64,000 bases of DNA from a bacterium (GTDB lineage: Bacteria > Zhuqueibacterota > Zhuqueibacteria > Residuimicrobiales > Krinioviventaceae): positions 704,001 to 768,000 of the forward strand of contig CAXXMD010000002.1 in NCBI GenBank assembly GCA_963675755.2, written 5' to 3'. Below are positions 20,257 through 29,576 of the stretch, piece by piece (the stretch's first letter is position 1; each line of letters begins with the position of its first letter). The notes beneath the pieces are model-generated. The model was given only the letters and a program-made list of their open reading frames with translations. It was not told where the DNA came from and searched no databases. The position numbers and the translations under genes were made by a program.

Positions 20257-23200
20257 TTATTTAACAAGAACCATTTTTTTGGTATCTGTAAAACTCTCTG
20301 TTTGCATTCGGTAAAAATAAACACCTGTCGGAATGGTTTGCCCATTATCATTTAGTCCATTCCAGTGCAATGTATGATATCCTGTATTCAAAGTTGCATC
20401 CATTAGCGTTTTAATTTTTCGGCCAAGGGTATTAAATATCTCAACTTTAACTCTTGATGTACGTGGAATTGCAAAGGTAATATTGGTGGTGGGATTGAAA
20501 GGATTGGGATAATTAGTACCCAAAGCATAATCTGTTGGAATTAATCCCTGATCGAATTCAGATATAGCAGTTGGTAATACTTCAATCACCGCTATTTCAC
20601 TTGTATCTGCTCCAGCAGAATTGGTTACAATTGCACGATAATTGCCAGCATCTCCTATTCTAACATTTGGTAGGTCAAGAATAGGTTCAGTTGCTCCTGC
20701 AATTAATATCCCATCTTTTTGCCACAGATAAATGAGATTCCCACTTCCTTCTGCTTCAACAGATAATGATAAATCTACACCATCCAATACATTTTGTGAT
20801 TGTGGATTTATTGTAACTAATGGAGCAACTGCTTCCTGTTCTACAGTAAAAATTCTTGCAACAATAGGGCTATTGTCATAATTAATCTTGTTTGCAACGG
20901 CTTTAATTACATGTGTTCCAATACCAAGTTCAAAGGGTTCATCATACAACATACTGTTAATTGATGGATCTGATCCATCTGTAGTATAATATATTTTAGC
21001 ATTCAGAGTTTCAGAACTCATTTCAACTGAAACGTGTAAAGTATGTTTATCATTTTCTGGTATAATGATTGGGGGTGCACATTCAAAAAAGAATTGAGCC
21101 TGTGTAATTTCGCTATCCGTAAAGAATGTGCGATATCCCATAGTCTTTAATGTTGCAGGTTGAAACAAGTTTAATGTATTGTTGTATTTTTGAGTGGGTG
21201 GTAATATAGGTAACCAACTGCTTGGATCGCTTCCATCGACAGTATATATGATTTGGGCAAAAGGAGTTGCAGATTCTAATTCAACTTGAACCGCATTATG
21301 AAAAGTACCACCAAAAGGATTAATTGTTGGAGTATCAACCTCACCCAAGGGTTCAACAACAGCAAGTTGACCGGTTTGAATAATATTGCTTGGAGTCATT
21401 CCACTTTTAAATGCTCTAACTTTTAGAAAAATATTTGAACCAACAGATCCCAATAACACAGGTTGAGTATAGGTAATAGAGCCCGCACCCGTTTCAAGAG
21501 GATCATCAGGTAATTGATCAAAACCTACTGTATATCTTATAAGCGCTCCCTCTGTATCACAAGTAATAGTTAAAGGAAAAGGTTTTGTAAATTGTTGCGA
21601 GCTGAAAGGAGAAACTATAGGATCAGCAACAATATTTGTATTTGGATCAAATACAATATAATCTTTAGAAACAGTCTCACTGGAATTAGTACCAGCCAGA
21701 AAGGTTTTTGCTTTAATTGTATGTTGACCTATAGTTAAAGTAAATGGTTCTGAATAAGCATTTGAATAACTCGTTGGTTCAGCACCATTTGTGGTATAAC
21801 GGATAATTCCATTTGCAGTACACGTAGACATGCTAACCTGCACTGAACCTGAATATTGGCCACCGGCAGGTGAAAATACCGGTGCAGCAGCTTGCTGCAC
21901 AATCTCATAATTTGTTGAAACTATTGCACTGGGTGTATAACTTTCCAAATAAACCCGAGCTTTTAATTGTGTCGTTTCAGAAAATTCAAGCGGTTGAATA
22001 AATTGTGCGGAATTTTCATTGGGATCTGTGCCATCTGTTGTATAACGGATAATTGCCCCTAAAACTGTTGATCCAATGTAAACTGTTACACCACCATTAA
22101 AAGTTCCGGATCCAGGGTAAATTGTTGGTGAAGGTAATGTTAATGCATTAACAATGATCTCACCAGTTGTTACCGCATCACTCTTGTAATATCCATCTTT
22201 GTAGCCGCGTGCAGTGATGTAATAATTTCCGGGATCCAATGTAATCGGTCCATCATAATTAGTACCCGGATAAAAGAAACTGGGAATTCTTCCATCGGTG
22301 CGGTATCTAATTGTAGCACCTGGTGTAGATGTTGATATTGTAACCTGATGAGGTTGACTAAAAGTGCCCTCCCCTGGTGTTATTATCGGAGTATCTACTT
22401 TTGGAGTGCTACTAACATACTGGGCTGATACTGATTGGCTTGAATACAATCTTCCATTGTTTTGATTATATTGAAATGCTTTAGCTGTTATTGTAGCCCC
22501 ATAATTGAGATATATTACATCACCCTGGTCAGGAATAAATATATATGAATCTTCATTGGGTTCCGATCCATCAAGAGTATAGCGTATAGACGTATTTGAT
22601 ATACTTTGTCCCGTTCCATAGTTAATTGTGACTTGAATTGGCATTTCATACGTTCCAGAAGGTGGATTGAGAACCAATGGTGATGGCGATAGCGTTTCAT
22701 CATCCCAAATCTGATCAATTGCCATTTTCAGATTTGGTAGAGGACCAATGTTTCCATCTCCCACTTGAGCGGTACCCGTTTCCCGTAAAATATCTTTTAT
22801 TGTTGCAGCACTAGCCGGAGCTCCTGTTTTTTGCTTCAATGTACTTTGTAAAATGGCTACTGCCCCGGCAACAATAGGAGTAGCACTTGAGGTACCACTA
22901 AATCCATTTGTATATAGAAAATTTTCTCCATCATCATCATACAAATTTCCATAACCGGTTGTTAAAACACCATCCCCCCAACCTTGTAAATCAACGGTAT
23001 TACCATAATTTGAAAAATCATGTTTTCTTTTTGCAGAATTTCCCCAGGCAGGTGATTTGCCAGCACCAACCATTATAGCACCGGAATCTTTATTCAAATC
23101 AAAAGGAGCATGACCGGTATTGTATTCATTATCATCAAGGTTCTGCCCTCCATTACCGGCAGCTTCAACAACGATAATACCATTACCTACAGCGGTTTGT

Positions 23201-24192
23201 ATAGCATCATAAATAGTCTTGTTCCATTCAACAGGCATCAACCCGTATTGCGGATCTATATCCGGGTCCCAGTTCGGTCCGGCAATTTGTGCTTCAAGAA
23301 CTATAATATCCCCTTTTTCTAATTCATCAACAGCACGTAAAATAGCTCCTGCGATATCATTTACAGAAGATCCCAAAATATTTGTTACCTGGGCTACAAC
23401 AGATAACTCGGCTTGATTCGCAATACCAGACATACCAAAATCATTATCAATTCCACCATAAATCCCCAAAACTGCGGTACCATGATTTTTCCAGCGTTTA
23501 AGGTCTTTGGCATCAAAAGTATTATCAAAATAAGGTGCTGGACCCACTATAGATACAGGTGAACCAGATCTTGCCAAATCTGCATGAAAACGATTCCAGT
23601 CATATTCCATATCGACAATGTGAACCCCTTTTCCTTTTCCACCGGATCCATGCCAGGCGTATAATGCATCTATCCCATTAGGAGCAGGATCTAGATAGTT
23701 TTGGTAAGAACCACTAGTGTTTGCAGGATCTGTATAATCTGGAACTTGAGGAGGCTCAACAGGAATTGGAATGGGATAAACAGCTTCTACATATAATAAT
23801 TTGCTAAAAAGATCTATTGCTTCTTGCACTGATATATTCTGATCAAGCTTTACAGTAAAATAAGTATTTAAATCTGGTATTGGCTTGTTTAAATTTTCTG
23901 CAGCATTTTCCCGAAATTTAATCATTCGGTTAAAATCAACATCAAAAGTTTTAATCCAATTACTCTTTATTGCAGCTGTTACAGCTGAATTTTGACTATT
24001 TGTACTGTTGTTTGCGTTTTGTTTAAAAAATGTATTTATATCAAGTATTCTATTTTCAACAGGAAGAATTGTATTGTCAACAAATTTAACATGAACAAAA
24101 TTTGGATAGAAATTTTTTATTTTAATATCTGCCCAAATTGAAGATGTTAACATTATAAATAATAACACAATATTAAGATTTAATACTTTCAT
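20257..24192 (-). CDS. S8 subtilase with seven Fn3-associated (CHB_HEX_C-like) repeats, an Ig domain and a T9SS-type CTD
   Basis: Triad VDMEYD / NHGTAVLG / GTSSATP and AAGNG; repeats IxYT(T/L/V)DGxxP; NYPNPFNPTT...GVYFYRM...KKMVLVK. Confidence 0.92.
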   Translation of the reverse strand: MKVLNLNIVLLFIMLTSSIWADIKIKNFYPNFVHVKFVDNTILPVENRILDINTFFKQNANNSTNSQNSAVTAAIKSNWIKTFDVDFNRMIKFRENAAENLNKPIPDLNTYFTVKLDQNISVQEAIDLFSKLLYVEAVYPIPIPVEPPQVPDYTDPANTSGSYQNYLDPAPNGIDALYAWHGSGGKGKGVHIVDMEYDWNRFHADLARSGSPVSIVGPAPYFDNTFDAKDLKRWKNHGTAVLGIYGGIDNDFGMSGIANQAELSVVAQVTNILGSSVNDIAGAILRAVDELEKGDIIVLEAQIAGPNWDPDIDPQYGLMPVEWNKTIYDAIQTAVGNGIIVVEAAGNGGQNLDDNEYNTGHAPFDLNKDSGAIMVGAGKSPAWGNSAKRKHDFSNYGNTVDLQGWGDGVLTTGYGNLYDDDGENFLYTNGFSGTSSATPIVAGAVAILQSTLKQKTGAPASAATIKDILRETGTAQVGDGNIGPLPNLKMAIDQIWDDETLSPSPLVLNPPSGTYEMPIQVTINYGTGQSISNTSIRYTLDGSEPNEDSYIFIPDQGDVIYLNYGATITAKAFQYNQNNGRLYSSQSVSAQYVSSTPKVDTPIITPGEGTFSQPHQVTISTSTPGATIRYRTDGRIPSFFYPGTNYDGPITLDPGNYYITARGYKDGYYKSDAVTTGEIIVNALTLPSPTIYPGSGTFNGGVTVYIGSTVLGAIIRYTTDGTDPNENSAQFIQPLEFSETTQLKARVYLESYTPSAIVSTNYEIVQQAAAPVFSPAGGQYSGSVQVSMSTCTANGIIRYTTNGAEPTSYSNAYSEPFTLTIGQHTIKAKTFLAGTNSSETVSKDYIVFDPNTNIVADPIVSPFSSQQFTKPFPLTITCDTEGALIRYTVGFDQLPDDPLETGAGSITYTQPVLLGSVGSNIFLKVRAFKSGMTPSNIIQTGQLAVVEPLGEVDTPTINPFGGTFHNAVQVELESATPFAQIIYTVDGSDPSSWLPILPPTQKYNNTLNLFQPATLKTMGYRTFFTDSEITQAQFFFECAPPIIIPENDKHTLHVSVEMSSETLNAKIYYTTDGSDPSINSMLYDEPFELGIGTHVIKAVANKINYDNSPIVARIFTVEQEAVAPLVTINPQSQNVLDGVDLSLSVEAEGSGNLIYLWQKDGILIAGATEPILDLPNVRIGDAGNYRAIVTNSAGADTSEIAVIEVLPTAISEFDQGLIPTDYALGTNYPNPFNPTTNITFAIPRTSRVKVEIFNTLGRKIKTLMDATLNTGYHTLHWNGLNDNGQTIPTGVYFYRMQTESFTDTKKMVLVK

Positions 24193-24512
24193 ACCTACTC
24201 TCCTTCAATATCAATATGCAAAATATTATGAATAAAATTCATTACTGGTTAATTTAAACATGTTTAAAAATCCTATTTTTTAAAATGGATTAGAAAATGA
24301 TTAATTAAAACAAAAATATATCTGAATTTTTTAACAGGTTTAAAAAAATGGTTGGTAAAAGAAAGGAAATATTATTTAATAAATGTTTATACATAATATT
24401 CTCTTTATGAAATTAGTGTTTTCTATTAAAATTTAAATAGGAAAGTTAAAACAATAAATTTTCTGGTTAATATTCCCCATAGTAAAAATAATAAATTTAT
24501 TAATTATAATTT

Positions 24513-25127
24513 TCAATCATGCAAACCAAGACCTTCCATGATACGTGGAATAGATTTTTCTATTCTTGAAATACGGGTTTGGGATTGTTTTGCCGTAGAA
24601 AAATATATAGTGTATCCCCTTTGCCTTCCTGGTGTTAATGCTTCAAATGCTTGCTTAAAATTTGGATCGTTATCAAATATATCTTGTAATTCATTTATTA
24701 TTACGATATTGGATATTTTTTCAATTTCTAATCCGGATTTTTCAATTTCAATTGCTTGATCAATAAATGATTTAATATCGGAGTCGTATCTTTTTATATC
24801 TTCCAGGTTAGTAAACCGAAATTGACGAACGGATTGAGAATTTTCTCCGGGAGCGGTTAGTAAATTGTTTACATCTTTGATTAATACGCCTTTGAAAAAT
24901 CCTAATGAACAAAATTCTTTAAAAGCGCTTAATAAAATAACATTTTTATTATTCAAAGTATAACAAGGTACTCCCCATTTCACATCTTCTATTAATTCAG
25001 AGTTTAATAGTAGGTTTCGTAAATATTTCAACTCGTTTTGCCAACGTAGCGTTTTACATTTTGGCGTTTTCCAATATTCACAACGGCCACACCCCTCTTT
25101 TAAATATATATCAACTTTTGGATTCAT
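24513..25127 (-). CDS. YdeI/OmpD-associated (DUF1801) protein
   Basis: KWGVPCY, FFKG and AFEALTPGRQRGY...AKQSQTR motifs. Confidence 0.9.
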   Translation of the reverse strand: MNPKVDIYLKEGCGRCEYWKTPKCKTLRWQNELKYLRNLLLNSELIEDVKWGVPCYTLNNKNVILLSAFKEFCSLGFFKGVLIKDVNNLLTAPGENSQSVRQFRFTNLEDIKRYDSDIKSFIDQAIEIEKSGLEIEKISNIVIINELQDIFDNDPNFKQAFEALTPGRQRGYTIYFSTAKQSQTRISRIEKSIPRIMEGLGLHD

Positions 25128-25324
25128 ATTTTACCTTAATAACCTATTAATAAAATAAATAAACAAAAGTTGGATAAACTTTCTTTCAATTGAATTTAAA
25201 AAAACATAGATTGTAATATATTTCTGTTAATAATTTGATTTTGAATAAACTTGTAAAATCCTTTTCATTTTTATTACTGTAATAATTGCTACAAGCTTAA
25301 AACTGGAATTGTATTTTTAGGTGC

Positions 25325-26806
25325 TTATTCCGTAAACATATGTAAATAGAGATCAGGAATATTTATTTTCAAGCGTGATAATGTTTCACTATCAATATAC
25401 TTTTGTGAAAACGGTACCCGTTTTACATATTCTTTTGATTGATTAATAATACGTGAATACTTGTAATCATAAGTAAAATTGCCATTCTGATCTATTTGTG
25501 CTTCTTGTAGTAATGGATTGGGTACTGATATAAAAAAATCATAATCATACTCTGTTAGAGAAGTGAAAAGATTATCTTGTTCGAGTTGTGTAAATAATTC
25601 AAATGCTGTTGCAAAAGATGGGTCAATAATTTGAATATTTTCATTGATGAAAGAGGCATAATTTGAATCTATAGAACGAAGATACATTAAATGATTTTTG
25701 ATTTCATCCTGTACATAGGGATAATGTGTACAGCCTAAAACAATAGCATCTAAACTACCTTTCAGATTTTGTTTCATAGCATTCAAAACCAGATTTGTAA
25801 CATGGTATCTTGTGTAATTTTCAATTAAGTTAATTTCAACATTAACAATTTGATCATCTGCTTGTTTTGATATCAATAAAGCATTGTTTTCAGTTATAAA
25901 ATGATATTCTTTCATTAATTTCAGATCAATAGGATAGTTTTTATTGCCAAGTGCTGGTCCACGATAAATGGGAAATTCTCTGCAAACCTCAGCATCTTTA
26001 TTTATATAATCAGGATCACCGTCAATCGCTCCGGCTAGACCATAACCAGGTTGCTGCACAATGGAAATATTAGCATTTGGTAAAGCTTCTTTTGCATATT
26101 TCATTATTGTATCGGGGTATCCATTAGAAGCACAAGTCCCTTCTGTTGCCATCACACCAATTACACTATTACCATTTGGAGGAACAACTTTGACGACATG
26201 CTTAGAGGCTGCTTCAATAATACCAATTACAGGGATATTAACATCCCAATATTTAATTGCATTTTTAACATCCTCTAACCCAAAAGCAGTTGCAGTATTA
26301 CATGCAATAACAATTGCTTTTACGGGTAGTTTTTTGTTATTTGGAGGTATGGGATCGGTTGGTGCGTTATAATATTTTTCTCCAAGCAAGAACTGAACAT
26401 CTTTTATTACTAATTCTCTTAAAAAATCTTTATTCCCTTCTGCATCATATCGACCATAGGGCATATTTGCTTTATCACACAAATAAATAAAACTTTCTCT
26501 GTTAAAATCTGCATTATTATCAGGATTTTTCAATTTGGTGGAGTTATTAAAGGCATCTATGGATAAAATTGCATTCAATACAGTAAGCCCACCAGTACCG
26601 GAATCAAAAACCCCAATTGGAAGTTGTTGTCTTTCATTAGGGTATTGATCAAAATCAATATAGAAAGGACTGTTTTTTTCATTTTGAATTTCATTTATAA
26701 TTTCCAGCTCATATTTCTTTGAACAAGAAAATAGAAAAATTGATGAAATTAGAATTAAACTCCAAATAATTTTTCTTGTACAAAAAAACAGTAAATACTT
26801 TTTCAT
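25325..26806 (-). CDS. Lipoprotein of the Asp/Glu racemase family
   Basis: Lipobox LFSC; PIGVFDSGTGGLTV, ACNTATA and LGCTHYP motifs. Confidence 0.85.
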   Translation of the reverse strand: MKKYLLFFCTRKIIWSLILISSIFLFSCSKKYELEIINEIQNEKNSPFYIDFDQYPNERQQLPIGVFDSGTGGLTVLNAILSIDAFNNSTKLKNPDNNADFNRESFIYLCDKANMPYGRYDAEGNKDFLRELVIKDVQFLLGEKYYNAPTDPIPPNNKKLPVKAIVIACNTATAFGLEDVKNAIKYWDVNIPVIGIIEAASKHVVKVVPPNGNSVIGVMATEGTCASNGYPDTIMKYAKEALPNANISIVQQPGYGLAGAIDGDPDYINKDAEVCREFPIYRGPALGNKNYPIDLKLMKEYHFITENNALLISKQADDQIVNVEINLIENYTRYHVTNLVLNAMKQNLKGSLDAIVLGCTHYPYVQDEIKNHLMYLRSIDSNYASFINENIQIIDPSFATAFELFTQLEQDNLFTSLTEYDYDFFISVPNPLLQEAQIDQNGNFTYDYKYSRIINQSKEYVKRVPFSQKYIDSETLSRLKINIPDLYLHMFTE

Positions 26807-26861
26807 ATTAATTCCTTTTGTTTTGAAAATATATGAACAAAATACAAATAAAAGATTTCAA

Positions 26862-28193
26862 TTATTTTAAGCCTAAATATTCCGCGAGGGCAACATACAC
26901 ACCAGCCGTCCATCCCATCATACCTGGAGATTCATACTCTGCATTCGAGAGTTTGCCAGTCTCAGCATCGGATTTTTCGTACAACTTGCCATACTGTTTA
27001 AAAATCTCAGTGTTTACATTGATGTATTTATTAGCAATTCTAACTGCTTCAGCTTTATAATCATATCTATCCAAAGCCATTACTGTCAAATAAACCATAG
27101 GCGGCCAAACTACCGGGTAAGCCCATTGATAATCTCTGCAGCCAGGATGTTCTTTGGTTGTTGCAATGCCGAATTCTTTTTCAAAGAATGGGAGATTTTT
27201 TACCATTTGGGCTGCTTGCTCATCACTTGCCAAGCCCACAAACATTGGCAAGATACCAGAAATAGAATAAATATCTGACTGTTTTTTCGTGACATAATTA
27301 TAATCAAAGAACCAACCCAAATCATTGTTCCAAAGGAATTTATTAATGAGCTCTTTGCGTTTTATAGCTCTTTGATTGTAAAAATCGGTAAAAAACCAAC
27401 CCAGTTTTTGAGATACTTTATAAAGGAATTCTTCATATCCCCATAATAGAGCATTTAGGTCAACTGAATTATAGTTAATAATCTGATGACCATATCGTTG
27501 CGTAAAATCCCAATTTTCAGCTTCCGCAATTAAATTACCACCTATAACTATTTTTTCATCATCAGGGATATCCAAAGGTAGATTTAAGCGCTTTATGCCA
27601 ATATCATTATAAAACTTTATACAACCCCCTGCAACTTCATGATGGCCAAAATGATTTAAGCCTGAAATACTATATCGGGCAGTCATCCAGAATTGATATT
27701 CTTTTCTTAAACCTTCAGCACATTCTTTATAAAAATCTATACTTTCGGCATGAACTTTATCAAAATAATCCTGAATCATCAACTGAAGATAAGGTGTTTG
27801 AGAACGATTATGCAGACCTACATGATTGGGCATATATCCCTGTTCATTTATTAGCCAGAGCATGTTTTTTATATTATTTTTGGCCTGCTCTACATGGCCA
27901 TCTCGTAATAGGCCAAGATTTGTAAAATAGGTATCCCAGTAAAAAAAGAAAGTATATTGTCCTTCACCTTTGATGCAAGGAGAAGAATATGTATATGGCA
28001 GATCTATTTTACCAAAACCCTTACCAGGCTCATCATTGTAAAAACTGCGTTCCCAATTTGCGTGTATATAGTCTAATACTTTATTAACATTCTTGTCAGA
28101 AAAAGATTTTTGACTGGAATTTGAAATAGCGGATGTAGTTAACAGTAAAACTGCACCTTTCGATGTGCTTTTAATAAACTTTCTTCTGTTCAT
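26862..28193 (-). CDS. Trehalase-like GH37 protein with Tat signal
   Basis: MNRRKFIK; FYWDTYF, NRSQTP, SVDLNA, QWAYPVVWPP, EK and GWTAGV motifs. Confidence 0.88.
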   Translation of the reverse strand: MNRRKFIKSTSKGAVLLLTTSAISNSSQKSFSDKNVNKVLDYIHANWERSFYNDEPGKGFGKIDLPYTYSSPCIKGEGQYTFFFYWDTYFTNLGLLRDGHVEQAKNNIKNMLWLINEQGYMPNHVGLHNRSQTPYLQLMIQDYFDKVHAESIDFYKECAEGLRKEYQFWMTARYSISGLNHFGHHEVAGGCIKFYNDIGIKRLNLPLDIPDDEKIVIGGNLIAEAENWDFTQRYGHQIINYNSVDLNALLWGYEEFLYKVSQKLGWFFTDFYNQRAIKRKELINKFLWNNDLGWFFDYNYVTKKQSDIYSISGILPMFVGLASDEQAAQMVKNLPFFEKEFGIATTKEHPGCRDYQWAYPVVWPPMVYLTVMALDRYDYKAEAVRIANKYINVNTEIFKQYGKLYEKSDAETGKLSNAEYESPGMMGWTAGVYVALAEYLGLK

Positions 28194-28243
28194 ATTAACC
28201 TGAAATATTGTGTTAGTAGTTAAAAAATATGAATGGTAAAAAC

Positions 28244-28281
28244 AAAAAAAGCCTGTATTCAAAATATTGAAAACAGGCTTC
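28244..28281 (-). terminator. Intrinsic terminator after tRNA-Pro
   Basis: AAGCCTGT...ACAGGCTT hairpin followed by a T run on the minus strand. Confidence 0.8.
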
Positions 28282-28284
28282 TAG

Positions 28285-28359
28285 TCGGGGCGAGAAGATT
28301 TGAACTTCCGACCCCTTGACCCCCAGTCAAGTGCGCTAACCGGGCTGCGCTACGCCCCG
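28285..28359 (-). tRNA. tRNA-Pro(GGG), CCA not encoded
   Basis: CGGGGCGTAGCGCAGCCCGGTTAGCGCACTTGACTGGGGGTCAAGGGGTCGGAAGTTCAAATCTTCTCGCCCCGA folds as a cloverleaf. Confidence 0.97.
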
Positions 28360-28730
28360 ACATTTTGGTGATTATTACTATCTAGAATATCAAGCATAGC
28401 TTCAAGTTCAGCTTTAATATCTTTAATCAAATCATCTCGCTTCAGACTTGAAAAAGATAACTGCAACTTGGGCTGCTTGTTATTTTTCATTTTTATTATA
28501 CGCTGCTTTGCGCCTTCAATTGTATATTTTTGCTGATACAATAAACGTTTAATTAAAAAAATGACCTGTATGTCATTTTTTTTATAAATTCGGTTACCAG
28601 CTCGATTCTTGGCCGGTTTAAGTTCAGTAAACTCTGTTTCCCAATACCTTAATACATAAGGTTTTAAGCCGGTTATCTCGCTGACTTCAGCAATCGAATA
28701 ATACAATTTTTTGATGGCTTTTTCTTCCAT
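28350..28730 (-). CDS. MerR family regulator
   Basis: KLYYSIAEVSEITGLKPYVLRYWETEF...RIY; RBS GAGGAAG. Confidence 0.92.
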   Translation of the reverse strand: MEEKAIKKLYYSIAEVSEITGLKPYVLRYWETEFTELKPAKNRAGNRIYKKNDIQVIFLIKRLLYQQKYTIEGAKQRIIKMKNNKQPKLQLSFSSLKRDDLIKDIKAELEAMLDILDSNNHQNVGA

Positions 28731-28796
28731 CAACTTCCTCTTGAGAGGACCACATTCAAAATCAGAATTAGAAAATAATGATAATTGTGTCAATAA

Positions 28797-29573
28797 TCAA
28801 GTATTTTTTTTAGTATTTTTCCAAGATCTTTTTTTGACCATTACTGTTCCATTAGAACAAATATTGATCATACTCTGCAAAATAAAATAAAATCCCATAT
28901 TTTTCAAGTAAATTTTATTTATAAAAGATTTTTTATTATCTAATAAATAAATACCAATTCTAGGGATTTTAAATTCATTTTCCGAAGACCAAAAACTTTT
29001 TCCCATTATTACTCCTCCTTTATAACCAACTTTTCTGCAAATATCAATAACAGTTTTATTGGTATTGCCAAAAGGGTAAGAAATATATAGGCAAAAGTTA
29101 TTTACTTTACTCTTTAACACTTTTAATGAATCATTTAATTCATTGTATACCAAAGAATTAGGGATTTGCGTAAGATCCATATGTGACATTGTGTGTGAAC
29201 CTATTTCCCAGCCATCATTGTCCAATTCTGAAATTTGCTCCCACGTTAAATGCGGGAATTTTAGCCAACCGATGTTAACATCCCAAGTGTTCATTTTACC
29301 ACAATAATCTGGGTTTACAAATACAGTAGCCTTTAATCCATATTTTTTCAAAATTGGATAAGCAAATGTGAAAACAGATTCATAACCATCGTCAAAAGTA
29401 ACAGCAATTCGCTTATCATTAGGCGAATTGCTGTTAAAGTAATCCGTTAAAGTATGAAACGTAAATCCTTGTTCAAGAGCCCATAACACATGATTATTAA
29501 ATTGCTTTGGGGTAACACGCGTTATCCCAAAGTCAAAGCGCGTATCAACCATATGGTATGCCAAGATACTCAA
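28797..29573 (-). CDS. Polysaccharide deacetylase (CE4/NodB)
   Basis: LAYH, TFDDGY, GSHTMSH and SYPFG motifs. Confidence 0.92.
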   Translation of the reverse strand: MSILAYHMVDTRFDFGITRVTPKQFNNHVLWALEQGFTFHTLTDYFNSNSPNDKRIAVTFDDGYESVFTFAYPILKKYGLKATVFVNPDYCGKMNTWDVNIGWLKFPHLTWEQISELDNDGWEIGSHTMSHMDLTQIPNSLVYNELNDSLKVLKSKVNNFCLYISYPFGNTNKTVIDICRKVGYKGGVIMGKSFWSSENEFKIPRIGIYLLDNKKSFINKIYLKNMGFYFILQSMINICSNGTVMVKKRSWKNTKKNT

Positions 29574-29576
29574 GAA

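Noticed and set aside
20600-22700. DNA repeats in the subtilase gene
   Set aside because: Diverged protein-domain repeats, not a nucleotide array
28194-28262. Extended trehalase N-terminus
   Set aside because: Runs through the tRNA terminator; the Tat signal starts at 28193
2270-28285. Genomic island integrated at tRNA-Pro
   Set aside because: No integrase seen, no duplicated tRNA 3' end noticed, and the native terminator follows the tRNA directly
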